64,000 nt of DNA from an uncultured Candidatus Rokubacteria bacterium (GTDB lineage: Bacteria > Methylomirabilota > Methylomirabilia > Rokubacteriales > CSP1-6). The notes beneath the pieces were generated by a model. The model made no database searches, had not been told where the DNA came from, and worked only from the letters and a program-made list of their open reading frames with translations. The stretch covers positions 256,001 to 320,000 of the forward strand of contig CAVWWD010000008.1 of the NCBI GenBank assembly GCA_963758635.1, written 5' to 3'. Position 1 is the first letter of the stretch. Every line of letters begins with the position of its first letter. Made by a program: the position numbers and the translations under genes. This document shows positions 25,602 through 34,666 of the stretch, piece after piece.

Positions 25602-25914
25602 TCAGGCGGTCAGGCGGGAGAGGGGAGGCGGCTCGGGGAATTGCTGGTCCACCACGCGATGGTTGCGGAGGCCGATGGCCTCGCGCTGGATGATGAGCAC
25701 GCGGCGCGCGTCGAGGGCCCGCCGCCGCGCCGCCTCGTACTCCGCGGCGAGCCGGTCGCGGGCCGGCGGATCGGCCGCCGCGAGCGCCCGTCGCGCGGCC
25801 GCGACCTCGGAGAGCGCGGCCTCGAGCCGCTCGCCCGCGCGGCCGAGCGTCGCCGCCTTCTCGGCGCGGATCTCCTCCTCGGTGCGCCGGAGCCCTTCCT
25901 CGCGTCCGCGTCAT
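25602..25914 (-). CDS. Small helical hypothetical protein (possibly DUF6665-like), indel just after ATG
   Basis: Frame absent from the ORF track: REEGLRRTEEEIRAEKAATLGRAGERLEAAL...LIIQREAIGLRNHRVVDQQFPEPP. Confidence 0.6.
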
Positions 25915-25971
25915 GCCGATGCCGGTCAGCGCAGGCGGGCGCCGCGGCGAGGGCAGCCCCGCGGCGGAGCG

Positions 25972-26589
25972 TCAGGGGGCGGGCTCCAGGTAGCTCTCGA
26001 ACACGCCGGCGTGGACCGCGGCGGGGTCGGCCCCGTTGGGCCAGAGATCCTCGCTGCGGAAGCGCACGTCGTAGGTGGGCTCGTCCGCCGCGGGCACGCC
26101 GTGGGCGTGCGCGTCCGGGAACGGGTAGGCCGGCGACTGGCCCACGATCACGCCGATCTTGCCGCGGATGTAGGCCGGCATGCGGACGTGCCCGGCCACG
26201 TAGTCCTCCTTGACCCGCACGCGGTCGCCGGGCTGGAAGCGGCGCCGGCCGGCCGTGTTCGACCGCCCCGGCGCGCTGGCCAGGGAGAGCGGGAACCGCC
26301 CGCCCGCGCCCTCCTCCAGCTCCTCGCGCGTGACGAAGCCCTTCTCGACGCAGAGCGAGGCGAGGCCGGTCATCGACCGCTCGTAGTAGCTCGCCGACAG
26401 GTAGTGGCGCGGCTCCATGCGCTCGATGGCGTGGCGGTACTCGTCCATGTTGAGGAGGCCGTTCTTCACGGCGAGCGCGACCAGCGCGTTCACCCGCTTC
26501 TCCCACGGAGCGTGGAAGGCCTTCGCCTCGGGCGAGTGACGGACGCGCCCGAATCCCTGCCGGCCCCCGAGATCGTGCATGCCATCCAT
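25972..26589 (-). CDS. nthB: Nitrile hydratase beta subunit
   Basis: MDGMHDLGG, EYRHAIERMEPRHYL..SYYER, GHVRMPAYIRGK, YDVRF..EDLW, FESYLEP. Confidence 0.93.
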   Translation of the reverse strand: MDGMHDLGGRQGFGRVRHSPEAKAFHAPWEKRVNALVALAVKNGLLNMDEYRHAIERMEPRHYLSASYYERSMTGLASLCVEKGFVTREELEEGAGGRFPLSLASAPGRSNTAGRRRFQPGDRVRVKEDYVAGHVRMPAYIRGKIGVIVGQSPAYPFPDAHAHGVPAADEPTYDVRFRSEDLWPNGADPAAVHAGVFESYLEPAP

Positions 26590-26607
26590 GGAGGGTCTCC
26601 CGCGGCG

Positions 26608-27206
26608 CTACAGGCGCGCCGCGCCGATCATCGAGTCCTTGGTCACGATTCCCGCCAGCCGCTCCTCGGACCAGCCCTCCGTGTGCGCGGGCCGGACGGG
26701 AAGGACCATGTAGCGCGTGTCCGCGGTCGTGTCCCAGACGCGGATCTCGATCTCCGGGGGCAGGTCGAGTCCCATCTCGCGGAGCACGGTCCGTGACTCG
26801 CGCACGACCCGCGCGCGGTACTCGAAGTCCTTGTACCAGTCCGGGGGCAGCCCGATGATCGTGTACGCGGTGCACGAGCACTGCGTGCAGCAGATCACGT
26901 TGTGCACCGCCGGCGTGTTCTCCAGCACCACGAGGTGCCGGTGGTGGGCGGGCATCGTGAGGCCCAGCTCGGCGACGGCGTCCTTGCCGTTGGCGAGCAG
27001 GCGCTGCCGGAAGGCGGGATCGGTCCAGGCCTCGGGCCACCACGCGGCCGCCGTTCTGCGGCACCCACTCCTCGTCGACCCGGCGCGTGTGCTCGTCGAT
27101 GAAGTCGGCGGTCTTCATGCCGTGCGCCTGGAAGGCGGACTCGAGGGCCGCCGCGCGCCGCTCGACGGAGGCCGGGGTGCCCGTGGTCTTCGTGGTGGCT
27201 CGTCAT
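26608..27206 (-). CDS. nthA: Nitrile hydratase alpha subunit (two indels in the 5' half)
   Basis: Reconstructed EWVPQNGGRVVARAWTDPAFRQRLL...ENTPAVHNVICCTQCSCT...WYKDFEYRARVVRE...VWDTTADTRYMVLP. Confidence 0.9.
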
Positions 27207-27322
27207 GTCTCGCGCTCCCAGGTGATCAGGTTGTCACGTCCCACGCAGTCTGCACGTCCCGCCGGCGGTCGCGCAAGCCCGAGCGCCGGCCGTCGCGCCG
27301 GCGGCCTGTCGGTCGACGACGC

Positions 27323-28090
27323 TCACATGGCGGTCAGCCCGCCGTCCACGAAGAGCAGGGTGCCGGTCACGAACGACGCGTCCTCGGACGCGAGGAACAG
27401 GATGCACGCCGCGACCTCCTCGGGCGTGCCGGGCCGCCTCAGCATGGTGCCGCGGGCCGCGTCCTCGCGGTACTGCTCGAAGGTGCGCCCGAGGGCCTGG
27501 ATGCGGCGCTCGTGGAACGGCGTGTAGATCGGCCCCGGGCAGACGGCGTTCACCCGGATGCCCTCGGCGGCGTGGTCCGCGGCCATCCCGCGCGTGAGCC
27601 CGGCCACCGCGGCCTTGGTCGTGTCGTACTGCGTGGTCTTGCCCACGCTCGTCACCGACCGGACCGAGGCCACGTTGACGACGCTGCCGCCGCCGCCCTG
27701 CCGCATCACCGGGATGGCGGCCTTGGCGCAGAACGCGTAGCCCTTCAGGTTCACGCCCAGGATCTCGTCCCAGCTCTCCGCGCTGGCCTCCACCACCGTG
27801 TGGTAGAGGCGGATCCCCGCGTTGTTGACGAGGACGTTGAGGCGCCCGAAGCGCTCCGCGGCGCGCCGCACGAAGGCCGCGGCCTCCGCCTCGCGCTCCA
27901 TGTGCGCTTCCACGAAGAGCGCGCGCCCGCCGCCCGCCTCGATCTCCGCGGCGACACGCTTGCCGCGGTCGACGTCGCGGTCGGCGAAGGCGACGGCCGC
28001 CCCCTCCGCGACGAACCGCCGCACCGTGGCCTCGCCGATGCCGGATGCGCCGCCGCTGACCGCGGCGACCTTCCCGTCCAGTCGTCCCAT
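27323..28090 (-). CDS. SDR family oxidoreductase
   Basis: SGGASGIG, NNAG, YDTTK, IRVNAVCPG. Confidence 0.92.
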   Translation of the reverse strand: MGRLDGKVAAVSGGASGIGEATVRRFVAEGAAVAFADRDVDRGKRVAAEIEAGGGRALFVEAHMEREAEAAAFVRRAAERFGRLNVLVNNAGIRLYHTVVEASAESWDEILGVNLKGYAFCAKAAIPVMRQGGGGSVVNVASVRSVTSVGKTTQYDTTKAAVAGLTRGMAADHAAEGIRVNAVCPGPIYTPFHERRIQALGRTFEQYREDAARGTMLRRPGTPEEVAACILFLASEDASFVTGTLLFVDGGLTAM

Positions 28091-28298
28091 GTCCTCGTCT
28101 CCCTGGCGCGCGGGCTCATGACGTTCTCCGCGGCGCCCGTGACGCGATGCTAGGAGGCGAGGCGCCCCCGCGTCAAGGCGCGAGAGCGCGGGTCTCGCCG
28201 ACGAGCGACCGCGCCCGCGGCGGCCGCCGGCGCCGTGTTGACGCGCGGGCGCGACGCGTGGATCATGGGTCGGTCGAGTCCACAGGAGGAGATCGCGC

Positions 28299-29351
28299 AT
28301 GCGTGGAGTGGTGTTCCTCGGAGATCGTCAGCTCGAGCTGCGCGACTTCCCCGATCCCACGCCGGGGCCGGGCGAGGTCGTGCTCGCCATGAAGGCCTCG
28401 GGGATGTGCGGCAGCGACCTGCATCCGTACCGCGCGTCGCGCGAGGGGGGCGCCGCCGCGTCGCTCGGCCTGGGCGGCCAGGGCGGCCCGGTGATCGCCG
28501 GCCACGAGCCGTGCGGCGTGGTGGCCGCGCGCGGGCCGGGCGTGAGCGAGGAGCAGGCGCCCATCGGCCAGCGCGTGATGAACCACCACTACAAGGGGTG
28601 CGGGCTCTGCAAGCACTGCCGCACCGGCTGGTCGCAGCTCTGCCAGGGCGGCATCACGGTGTACGGGATGACGGGCCACGGCGGCCACGCCGCCTACATG
28701 AAGGCGCCCGCCTTCACGCTGGTGCCGATGCCCGACGAGATCTCGTTCGAGGAAGGCGCGGCGATCTCCTGCGGCACGGGCACGGCGTGGGGCGCGCTCA
28801 AGCGGCTCGGCGTGTCGGGCCGCGACACCGTGGCCATCTTCGGCCAGGGGCCGGTGGGGCTCAGCGGCACGATGCTCGGCGTGGCCATGGGCGCGCGGGT
28901 CATCGCCATCGACGTGGTCCCCGAGCGTCTCGCCCTGGCGAGGGACCTCGGCGCCGACGTGACGATCGACTCCCGCGGGACGGACCCGGTGCAGGCCATC
29001 CGCGACCTCACCCACGGCGAGGGCGCCGACGCCGCCATCGACTGCTCGGCGCACCCCGACGCGCGTCGCGCCACCGTGCGCTCGGTCCGCACCTGGGGCC
29101 AGGCGTGCTTCGTGGGCGAGGGCGGCACCGCCACCCTCGAGGTGAGCCCGGACATGCTGCGGCGCCAGGTCACGCTGCACGCCTCCTGGACGTTCTCCAG
29201 CGTGGGCCAGGCCGAGTGCGCCCGCTTCGTGGCCGACCGCAAGATCCCGCTGGGCCGGCTGCTCACCCACCGGTTCTCGCTGGACCAGGCGGAGAGCGCC
29301 TACAAGCTCTTCGACACCCAGACCACCGGAAAGGGCGTCTTCGTCTTCTGA
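28299..29351 (+). CDS. Zinc-binding dehydrogenase (MDR family)
   Basis: MCGSDLH, GHEPCG, CGLCKHC..C, GQGPVG. Confidence 0.92.
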   Translation: MRGVVFLGDRQLELRDFPDPTPGPGEVVLAMKASGMCGSDLHPYRASREGGAAASLGLGGQGGPVIAGHEPCGVVAARGPGVSEEQAPIGQRVMNHHYKGCGLCKHCRTGWSQLCQGGITVYGMTGHGGHAAYMKAPAFTLVPMPDEISFEEGAAISCGTGTAWGALKRLGVSGRDTVAIFGQGPVGLSGTMLGVAMGARVIAIDVVPERLALARDLGADVTIDSRGTDPVQAIRDLTHGEGADAAIDCSAHPDARRATVRSVRTWGQACFVGEGGTATLEVSPDMLRRQVTLHASWTFSSVGQAECARFVADRKIPLGRLLTHRFSLDQAESAYKLFDTQTTGKGVFVF

Positions 29352-29374
29352 TCGCCCCGCCTCCCCGTCCGCTC

Positions 29375-30223
29375 GTGAGCTGGCTCGAGACCTATCGCGG
29401 CACCGTCCACCGCTGGGAGGTGGACCCGGTGGATCACTTCACGGTGGCCTACTACTTCGAGCGCCTCGAGGAGGCCACCGGCGACGCATCCTGCGCGCCG
29501 TCGGTCTCGACGACGCCGTGCCGGCCGTGCGCGAGTGCCGCGTGCGCTACATCCACGAGCTGCGCGTGGGCGACATCCTGCACATCCGGAGCGGCGTGCT
29601 GAGCGCCGACGAGCGAGGGCTCATCCTGGCCCACGAGGTCGTGGACTCGGCGAACGGACAGCGTGTGCACCACGGTGGAGCATGCAGGTCGGCGTCGGCC
29701 CTCGACGCGGCGGGGCGCGAGCGCGCCCGTGCGCTCGCCGCCGTCTGGTCCACGATGCCCGAGCCGCCCCGCCCGGACACGGGCACGGTGCCCGCGGACG
29801 ACGCCGGGTTCGTCGACGCCACGCTCGACACGCGTGAAGCCGTGGGAGCTCGACCGCCACGGCCGTGCCGACTGGCCCGCGCACATCCACCGGTTCACCG
29901 CGGCGAACGGCCACGTCATCGCCGCCTTCGGGATGACGCCCGGGTACATGCGCGAGCAGCGGCGCGGCTTCTCCACGTTCGAGTTCCGGCTGCGCTTCGA
30001 GGGCACGCTCGGGCTCGGGGACCAGGTGCGCGTGCGCAGCGCGCTTCTCCACGTGGGCACCTCGTCGATGCGCATCCTCCACCGGATGGCTGACACCGCC
30101 ACCGGCAAGATCGTGGCCACGCTGGAGCAGTCCGGGGTGCACCTGGACCTGCTCGCGCGCCGGCCCGCCCCGCTGCCCGACGACCTCCGCGCCCGCGCCC
30201 TCGCCCTCGTCGTCGCCCGCTAG
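29375..30223 (+). CDS. Double hot-dog acyl-CoA thioesterase-like protein (several indels)
   Basis: Two similar halves: RGTVHRWEVDPVDHF...RYIHELRVGD and VKPWELDRHGR...LGLGDQVRVRSALLHVGTSS. Confidence 0.7.
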
Positions 30224-30276
30224 CACCAGCTCGCCGCGCGCGGGATGGCTCCGCGTCGCGGGCGGATAATGACGCC

Positions 30277-31875
30277 ATGGCCTCGTTCGGCGATCTGGCC
30301 GACCTGTGCGCCCGGCTCGTCGCCACGCCGGGCCGGCTGGACAAGCGCCGCCTCGTCGCCGCGTTCCTGCGGGGTCTGCCGCGCGGCGAGGTCCCGAGCG
30401 CCGTCGCATACCTCACCGGCCGCGTCTTTCCCGTGTCGGACCCGCGCGTGCTGAGTGTGCGGGGGCTGCCCGCGGGCGCACGCGACGCGACGAGCGCGGA
30501 CGCGCCGGCGGCGAGCGCGGCCTTGACCATCGCCGACGTCGCGGCCGCGTTCGCCGACGTCGCGGAGGCTCGCGGCGCGGGATCGCGTCGCCGCCGCGAG
30601 GAGCGCCTCGGGGTGCTCGTGTCCCGCGCGTCCCCGGCGGAGCGCGACGTGCTCGCGCGGATCGTCTGGGGCGAGATGCGCACGGGGGTGTCGGAGGGCG
30701 TGGTGCTGGAGGCCATCGCGGAGGCGTCGGGCGCGCCCGTGGAGGCGGTGCGCCGCGCCGCGCTCTTCCTGGGCGACCTCTCCGTGGTGGCCGAGCTCGC
30801 CCTCGGCGACGGCGCCGGCGCGCTGGCCGCCGTGGCGCCGCGGCCGTTCGTGCCGCTGGCTCCGATGCTCGCCGAGCTCGCGCAGGACTTCGACGAGGTG
30901 CTGGGCGCCCACGGCGGCCGCACCGCGCTCGAGTTCAAGTACGACGGGGCGCGCATCCAGCTCCACGGAGACGGTGAGCGCGTGTCGATCTGGAGCCGCC
31001 GCCTCTCCAACGTCACGAGGAGCCTGCCCGAGGTGGTGGAGATCGCGCGGCGCGACCTCCGCGGCGCGCCCTTCGTGCTGGACGGCGAGGTCGTCGCCCG
31101 CGACGCGGCCGGACGCCCGCTGCCGTTCCAGGAGCTCATGCGGCGCTTCCGCCGCATCCACGGCGTCGAACGGCTCGCCGAGGCCATGCCGCTGTCGCTG
31201 CACTTCTTCGACTGCCTCGTCCTCGAGGGGCGCTCGCTGATCGACGCGCCCTACGCCCTGCGATGGGAAGCCCTCGAGCGCGCCACCGGCGGCCGCTACC
31301 TCGCCGAGCGCTCCGTGGTCACCTCGGTCGAGGAGGCGCGCGACGTGCACACGCGCGCCGTGGCGGCCGGCCACGAGGGCGTCGTGGCCAAGAACCTCGC
31401 CAGCACCTACGAGCCGGGCGGGCGGGGCAAGCGCTGGTTCAAGCTCAAGGCGGCGGAGACGGTGGACTGTGTCATCGTGGCCGCAGATCGCGGCTCGGGC
31501 CGCCGCGTGGGATGGCTGTCCAACTACCATCTCGCGGTGGCCGACGGCGAGGGCTGGGCCGAGGTGGGCAAGACGTTCAAGGGCCTGACCGACCGCGAGT
31601 TCGACGCGATGACGGCCCGGCTCGGCGCGCTCGCGGTGGCCGACGACGGCTACACCGTGCGCGTGCGCCCGGAGGTGGTGGTGGAGGTGGCGTACAACGA
31701 GATCCAGCGGAGCCCCACGTATCCCTCGGGGCTCGCGCTCCGCTTCGCGCGCATCGCCCGCATCCGGGACGACAAGGCGCCCGCCCAGGCCACGACGCTC
31801 GGCGAGCTTCGCCGCCTCTACGACCGGCAGTTCACGACCAAGGGACGCATCGGTGAGACGGGAGACGAACCGTGA
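30277..31875 (+). CDS. ATP-dependent DNA ligase (LigB/archaeal type: DBD-adenylation-OB)
   Basis: EFKYDGARIQ, LDGEV, EGVVAK, YEPGGRGKRWFKLK, ALRFARI..IRDDK. Confidence 0.95.
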   Translation: MASFGDLADLCARLVATPGRLDKRRLVAAFLRGLPRGEVPSAVAYLTGRVFPVSDPRVLSVRGLPAGARDATSADAPAASAALTIADVAAAFADVAEARGAGSRRRREERLGVLVSRASPAERDVLARIVWGEMRTGVSEGVVLEAIAEASGAPVEAVRRAALFLGDLSVVAELALGDGAGALAAVAPRPFVPLAPMLAELAQDFDEVLGAHGGRTALEFKYDGARIQLHGDGERVSIWSRRLSNVTRSLPEVVEIARRDLRGAPFVLDGEVVARDAAGRPLPFQELMRRFRRIHGVERLAEAMPLSLHFFDCLVLEGRSLIDAPYALRWEALERATGGRYLAERSVVTSVEEARDVHTRAVAAGHEGVVAKNLASTYEPGGRGKRWFKLKAAETVDCVIVAADRGSGRRVGWLSNYHLAVADGEGWAEVGKTFKGLTDREFDAMTARLGALAVADDGYTVRVRPEVVVEVAYNEIQRSPTYPSGLALRFARIARIRDDKAPAQATTLGELRRLYDRQFTTKGRIGETGDEP

Positions 31876-32300
31876 ACGCTCAGACAGGCCCCATCGAGTT
31901 CTTCGACCCGCCTGGCGCCCCCGCGCCCGGCGCCTTCTCGCGGGCCACGCGGGCCGCCGGCCTCGTCTTCGTATCCGGCACCAGCGCGGGGCCCGGACCC
32001 GACGGCCGGCCGCGTGCCGGGACGGCGGCGGAGGAGACGCGGTGGGCGCTGGAGAACATCGCCACCATCCTCGCCGCGGCCGGCTCCTCGCTCGACCGCG
32101 TCGTGCAGGTCACGCTCCTCATCACCGATCCCGCCGACTACCGCGAGATCAACGCCGAGTACGTCACGCATTTCCCCCGCGGGCTGCCCGCGCGCCACAC
32201 CGCCCGCTTCGGCGTGCCCACCACCGCGAAGGTCGCCTTCTCGTGCATCGCGCTGGCCGCGCCGCCGGCGGAGAGCCAGGTGAGTGGCCGCCGCGCGTGA
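31872..32300 (+). CDS. RidA/YjgF family protein
   Basis: FSRATRAAGLVFVSG, ALENIATIL, INAEY..F...PAR. Confidence 0.85.
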   Translation: MNAQTGPIEFFDPPGAPAPGAFSRATRAAGLVFVSGTSAGPGPDGRPRAGTAAEETRWALENIATILAAAGSSLDRVVQVTLLITDPADYREINAEYVTHFPRGLPARHTARFGVPTTAKVAFSCIALAAPPAESQVSGRRA

Positions 32301-32313
32301 CCGTTGGGGGGCG

Positions 32314-32344
32314 GTCGGGGGGAGCGGCGGTCGCTCCCCCCGAC
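32314..32344. terminator. Strong hairpin GTCGGGGGGAGCG-N5-CGCTCCCCCCGAC (REP-like or bidirectional terminator)
   Basis: 13-bp perfect stem between convergent genes. Confidence 0.6.
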
Positions 32345-32392
32345 GACGATAAACTCAATCAAATCACGGCCTGAACCAGGCGCTCCCGAAGA

Positions 32393-32785
32393 TCACGTAG
32401 GCTTGCGGACGATCTTCTTGAAGTAGCTGTCCTTCCGGGTGACGAGGCCGTCGTGGAACTCGAACAGGTCGCAGCCCTTGACGCGGATCGCGCGGCCCTT
32501 GGCCGTGGTGCCCACGCAGGTCCACTCCGACGTGCCGCGGTCGCCGGCCACCCAGCGGCTCGCGTCCACGAACTGGACGTCGCCCACCGCGCTGAACAGC
32601 GCCTCGAGGGCCTTCCGGATCTCGACCTTGCCCTGGAAGCGCTCACCCCACGGGTCCGGCCCCTCGGTGATGTCGAAGATGCCGTCCTCCGTGAAGCAGT
32701 CGAGGATGCCGTCCACGTCGTGGCGGGCGAATCCCGCGCTGAGCCGGTCCATCATCGCCAGGTTCCGCGTCTCCCGGTCGTCCAT
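32393..32785 (-). CDS. SnoaL/NTF2-like protein
   Basis: FARHDVDGIL..FTED, SEWT..GT, GCDLFEF..G....KDSY. Confidence 0.88.
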   Translation of the reverse strand: MDDRETRNLAMMDRLSAGFARHDVDGILDCFTEDGIFDITEGPDPWGERFQGKVEIRKALEALFSAVGDVQFVDASRWVAGDRGTSEWTCVGTTAKGRAIRVKGCDLFEFHDGLVTRKDSYFKKIVRKPT

Positions 32786-32799
32786 CGATCCCTCCGAGT

Positions 32800-32887
32800 C
32801 GTCAAGACATGCGGTTTTCGACTTCGCCGTGCGGGCGACACCGCGATTCCGCGTACACGCGCGGTGCGGTCCCGCCGGTCATTCACG
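32800..32887 (-). repeat. Dispersed repeat family A, copy 2 (inverted)
   Basis: Reverse complement reads GTGAATGACC...GTACGCGGAATCGCGGTGTCGCCCGCACGGCGAAGTCGA. Confidence 0.75.
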
Positions 32888-32899
32888 ATCCCTCCCGCG

Positions 32900-34075
32900 T
32901 CACTTGTCGTTGGCGAGCACGAGCGTGCCCGCGGCCGAGAGCATGCCGCCCATGCCGTTGACGAGCGAGGTCCGCACGTTGGGGACCTGGCGGGCGCCGC
33001 ACTCGCCACGGAGCTGCCGCGTGGCCTCGATGATGGGGAAGATGCCGTACATGCCGCTGTGGGTGTAGGAGAGGCCGCCGCCGTTGGTGTTGATGGGCAG
33101 GCTGCCGCCCGGGTTGGAGCGGCCGGGCTCGAAGAAGCTCACGCCCTCGCCGGGCTTGCAGAAGCCCAGCGCCTCCAGCATGAGCGGCGGGCCGGAGGTG
33201 AAGGCGTCGTAGAGCATCACGTGCTGGAAGTCCTTCGGGGTGACGCCGGCCATCGCGAACGCCTTCTCGCCGGACAGCCGCGTGGACTCGCTGCGCGTGA
33301 GGTTGCGCATCTGGGTCACCATGACGTGCTCGGTGGCCTCGCCGGCCCCGCGCACGTACACCGGCTTCTTGGCGCAGTCCTTCGCGCGGTCGGCCCGCGT
33401 CAGGACGACGGCGCCGCCCGCGTCGGTGACCAGGCAGATGTTCAGGAGGTTGAACGGGTAGCACACCGGCCGGGAGGCGAGGACGTCCGCCACCGTGATG
33501 GGCTCCTTGTTGCGCGCCTTCGGGTTGAGGGCGGCCCACTGCCGCGTGGACACCGCCACCTGCGCCCACTGCTCGAGCGTGGTGCCGTACTCGTGCATGT
33601 GGCGCGTGGTGATCATCCCGAAGTAGGTGGGGGCGCCGCCGAAGCCGAAGGGGATCTCGTACTGGCCGGTGAGGCTCGTGTCGCGCCGCGGGCTCACGCC
33701 CACGCCGGACCGGCCGGACTCGCCGTGGGACACCACCGCCACGTCGCACAGGTGATGGTGGAGCGCGGCCACCGCGTGGCCCACCATCATGATGAACGAG
33801 CAGCCGCCCACCGTGGTGCCGTCCACGTAGCGCGGGGTCACGCCGAGGGCCTCGCCGAGGAGCGAGGGCGGGTGCTGGCCCGCGGTGAAGATGCCGTCGA
33901 CGTCGCTCACCTTGAGGCCGGCGTCCCGCACGGCGTTGGTGATGGCCTCGAGGTGGAGCGTGAGCTGGCTCTTCCCGGGCAGCGTGCCGATCTCGTCCGA
34001 CTCGTCCACGCCCACGATGCAGGCGGTGTTGGAGAGCGCGCGCAGCTCCGCGGTGGGCTTCGTCGCGGGGCTCAT
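32900..34075 (-). CDS. SCP2-type thiolase-family protein
   Basis: CLVTDAGGA, LYDAFT, LPINTNGGGLSYTH, EATRQLRG. Confidence 0.9.
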   Translation of the reverse strand: MSPATKPTAELRALSNTACIVGVDESDEIGTLPGKSQLTLHLEAITNAVRDAGLKVSDVDGIFTAGQHPPSLLGEALGVTPRYVDGTTVGGCSFIMMVGHAVAALHHHLCDVAVVSHGESGRSGVGVSPRRDTSLTGQYEIPFGFGGAPTYFGMITTRHMHEYGTTLEQWAQVAVSTRQWAALNPKARNKEPITVADVLASRPVCYPFNLLNICLVTDAGGAVVLTRADRAKDCAKKPVYVRGAGEATEHVMVTQMRNLTRSESTRLSGEKAFAMAGVTPKDFQHVMLYDAFTSGPPLMLEALGFCKPGEGVSFFEPGRSNPGGSLPINTNGGGLSYTHSGMYGIFPIIEATRQLRGECGARQVPNVRTSLVNGMGGMLSAAGTLVLANDK

Positions 34076-34512
34076 CGGGCGCCCCTCGGCTGGAACAAGG
34101 GCAGCGTGACCTCGTCGGTCAGCTTCGAGTAGACGATCTCCACCGGCATGTCGCAGCGGATCTTCTTCGGGTCGGGCTCGACGTTGACGAGGTTCGAGAG
34201 CATGCGGGGCCCTTCCTCCAGCTCCACCATGGCGAGCACGTAGGGCGGCTTCACCTTGAAGGTGCGGCTGATGGTCTGGTAGGCGATCTCGAAGGAGTAG
34301 AGCGTGCCGCGCCCGCTCGCCTGCATCCAGCCGACGTTGCGCGACTGGCAGTGCGGGCAGACGATGCGCGGGTAGAAGAACGGGCGGCCGCAGTCGCCGC
34401 ACTTCGGGATCATCAGCTTGCCCTCGCGCAGGCCGTCCCAGAACGGCTTGGACTCCGGCGTGATGGGCGCGGGCAGCGGGCGCTCGAGCTCGGCGGGACT
34501 CTTCTCGGGCAT
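34072..34512 (-). CDS. DUF35 Zn-ribbon/OB-fold protein (thiolase partner)
   Basis: PFWDG, CGDC, CPHC, GTLYSF, VELEEGPRM. Confidence 0.92.
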   Translation of the reverse strand: MPEKSPAELERPLPAPITPESKPFWDGLREGKLMIPKCGDCGRPFFYPRIVCPHCQSRNVGWMQASGRGTLYSFEIAYQTISRTFKVKPPYVLAMVELEEGPRMLSNLVNVEPDPKKIRCDMPVEIVYSKLTDEVTLPLFQPRGAR

Positions 34513-34666
34513 CGGGATCCTTTCTGCGCTCCACGCGAACGGGGAGCGGATGATGCGACCTTGACCGGTTTCTCTTCCGGCCGGTAGCATACCCGCGGGC
34601 GAGGGCGGGAGACAAGGCCGCGAGCGCGCGGCGCGCGATCCCCGTCGCTCGCGAAAGGAGCTTCTC

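Noticed and set aside
26608..27206. NHLP RiPP precursor or thiocyanate hydrolase gamma subunit
   Set aside because: Full metal-binding Cys cluster and an adjacent unsplit beta subunit fit NHase; no RiPP maturases nearby
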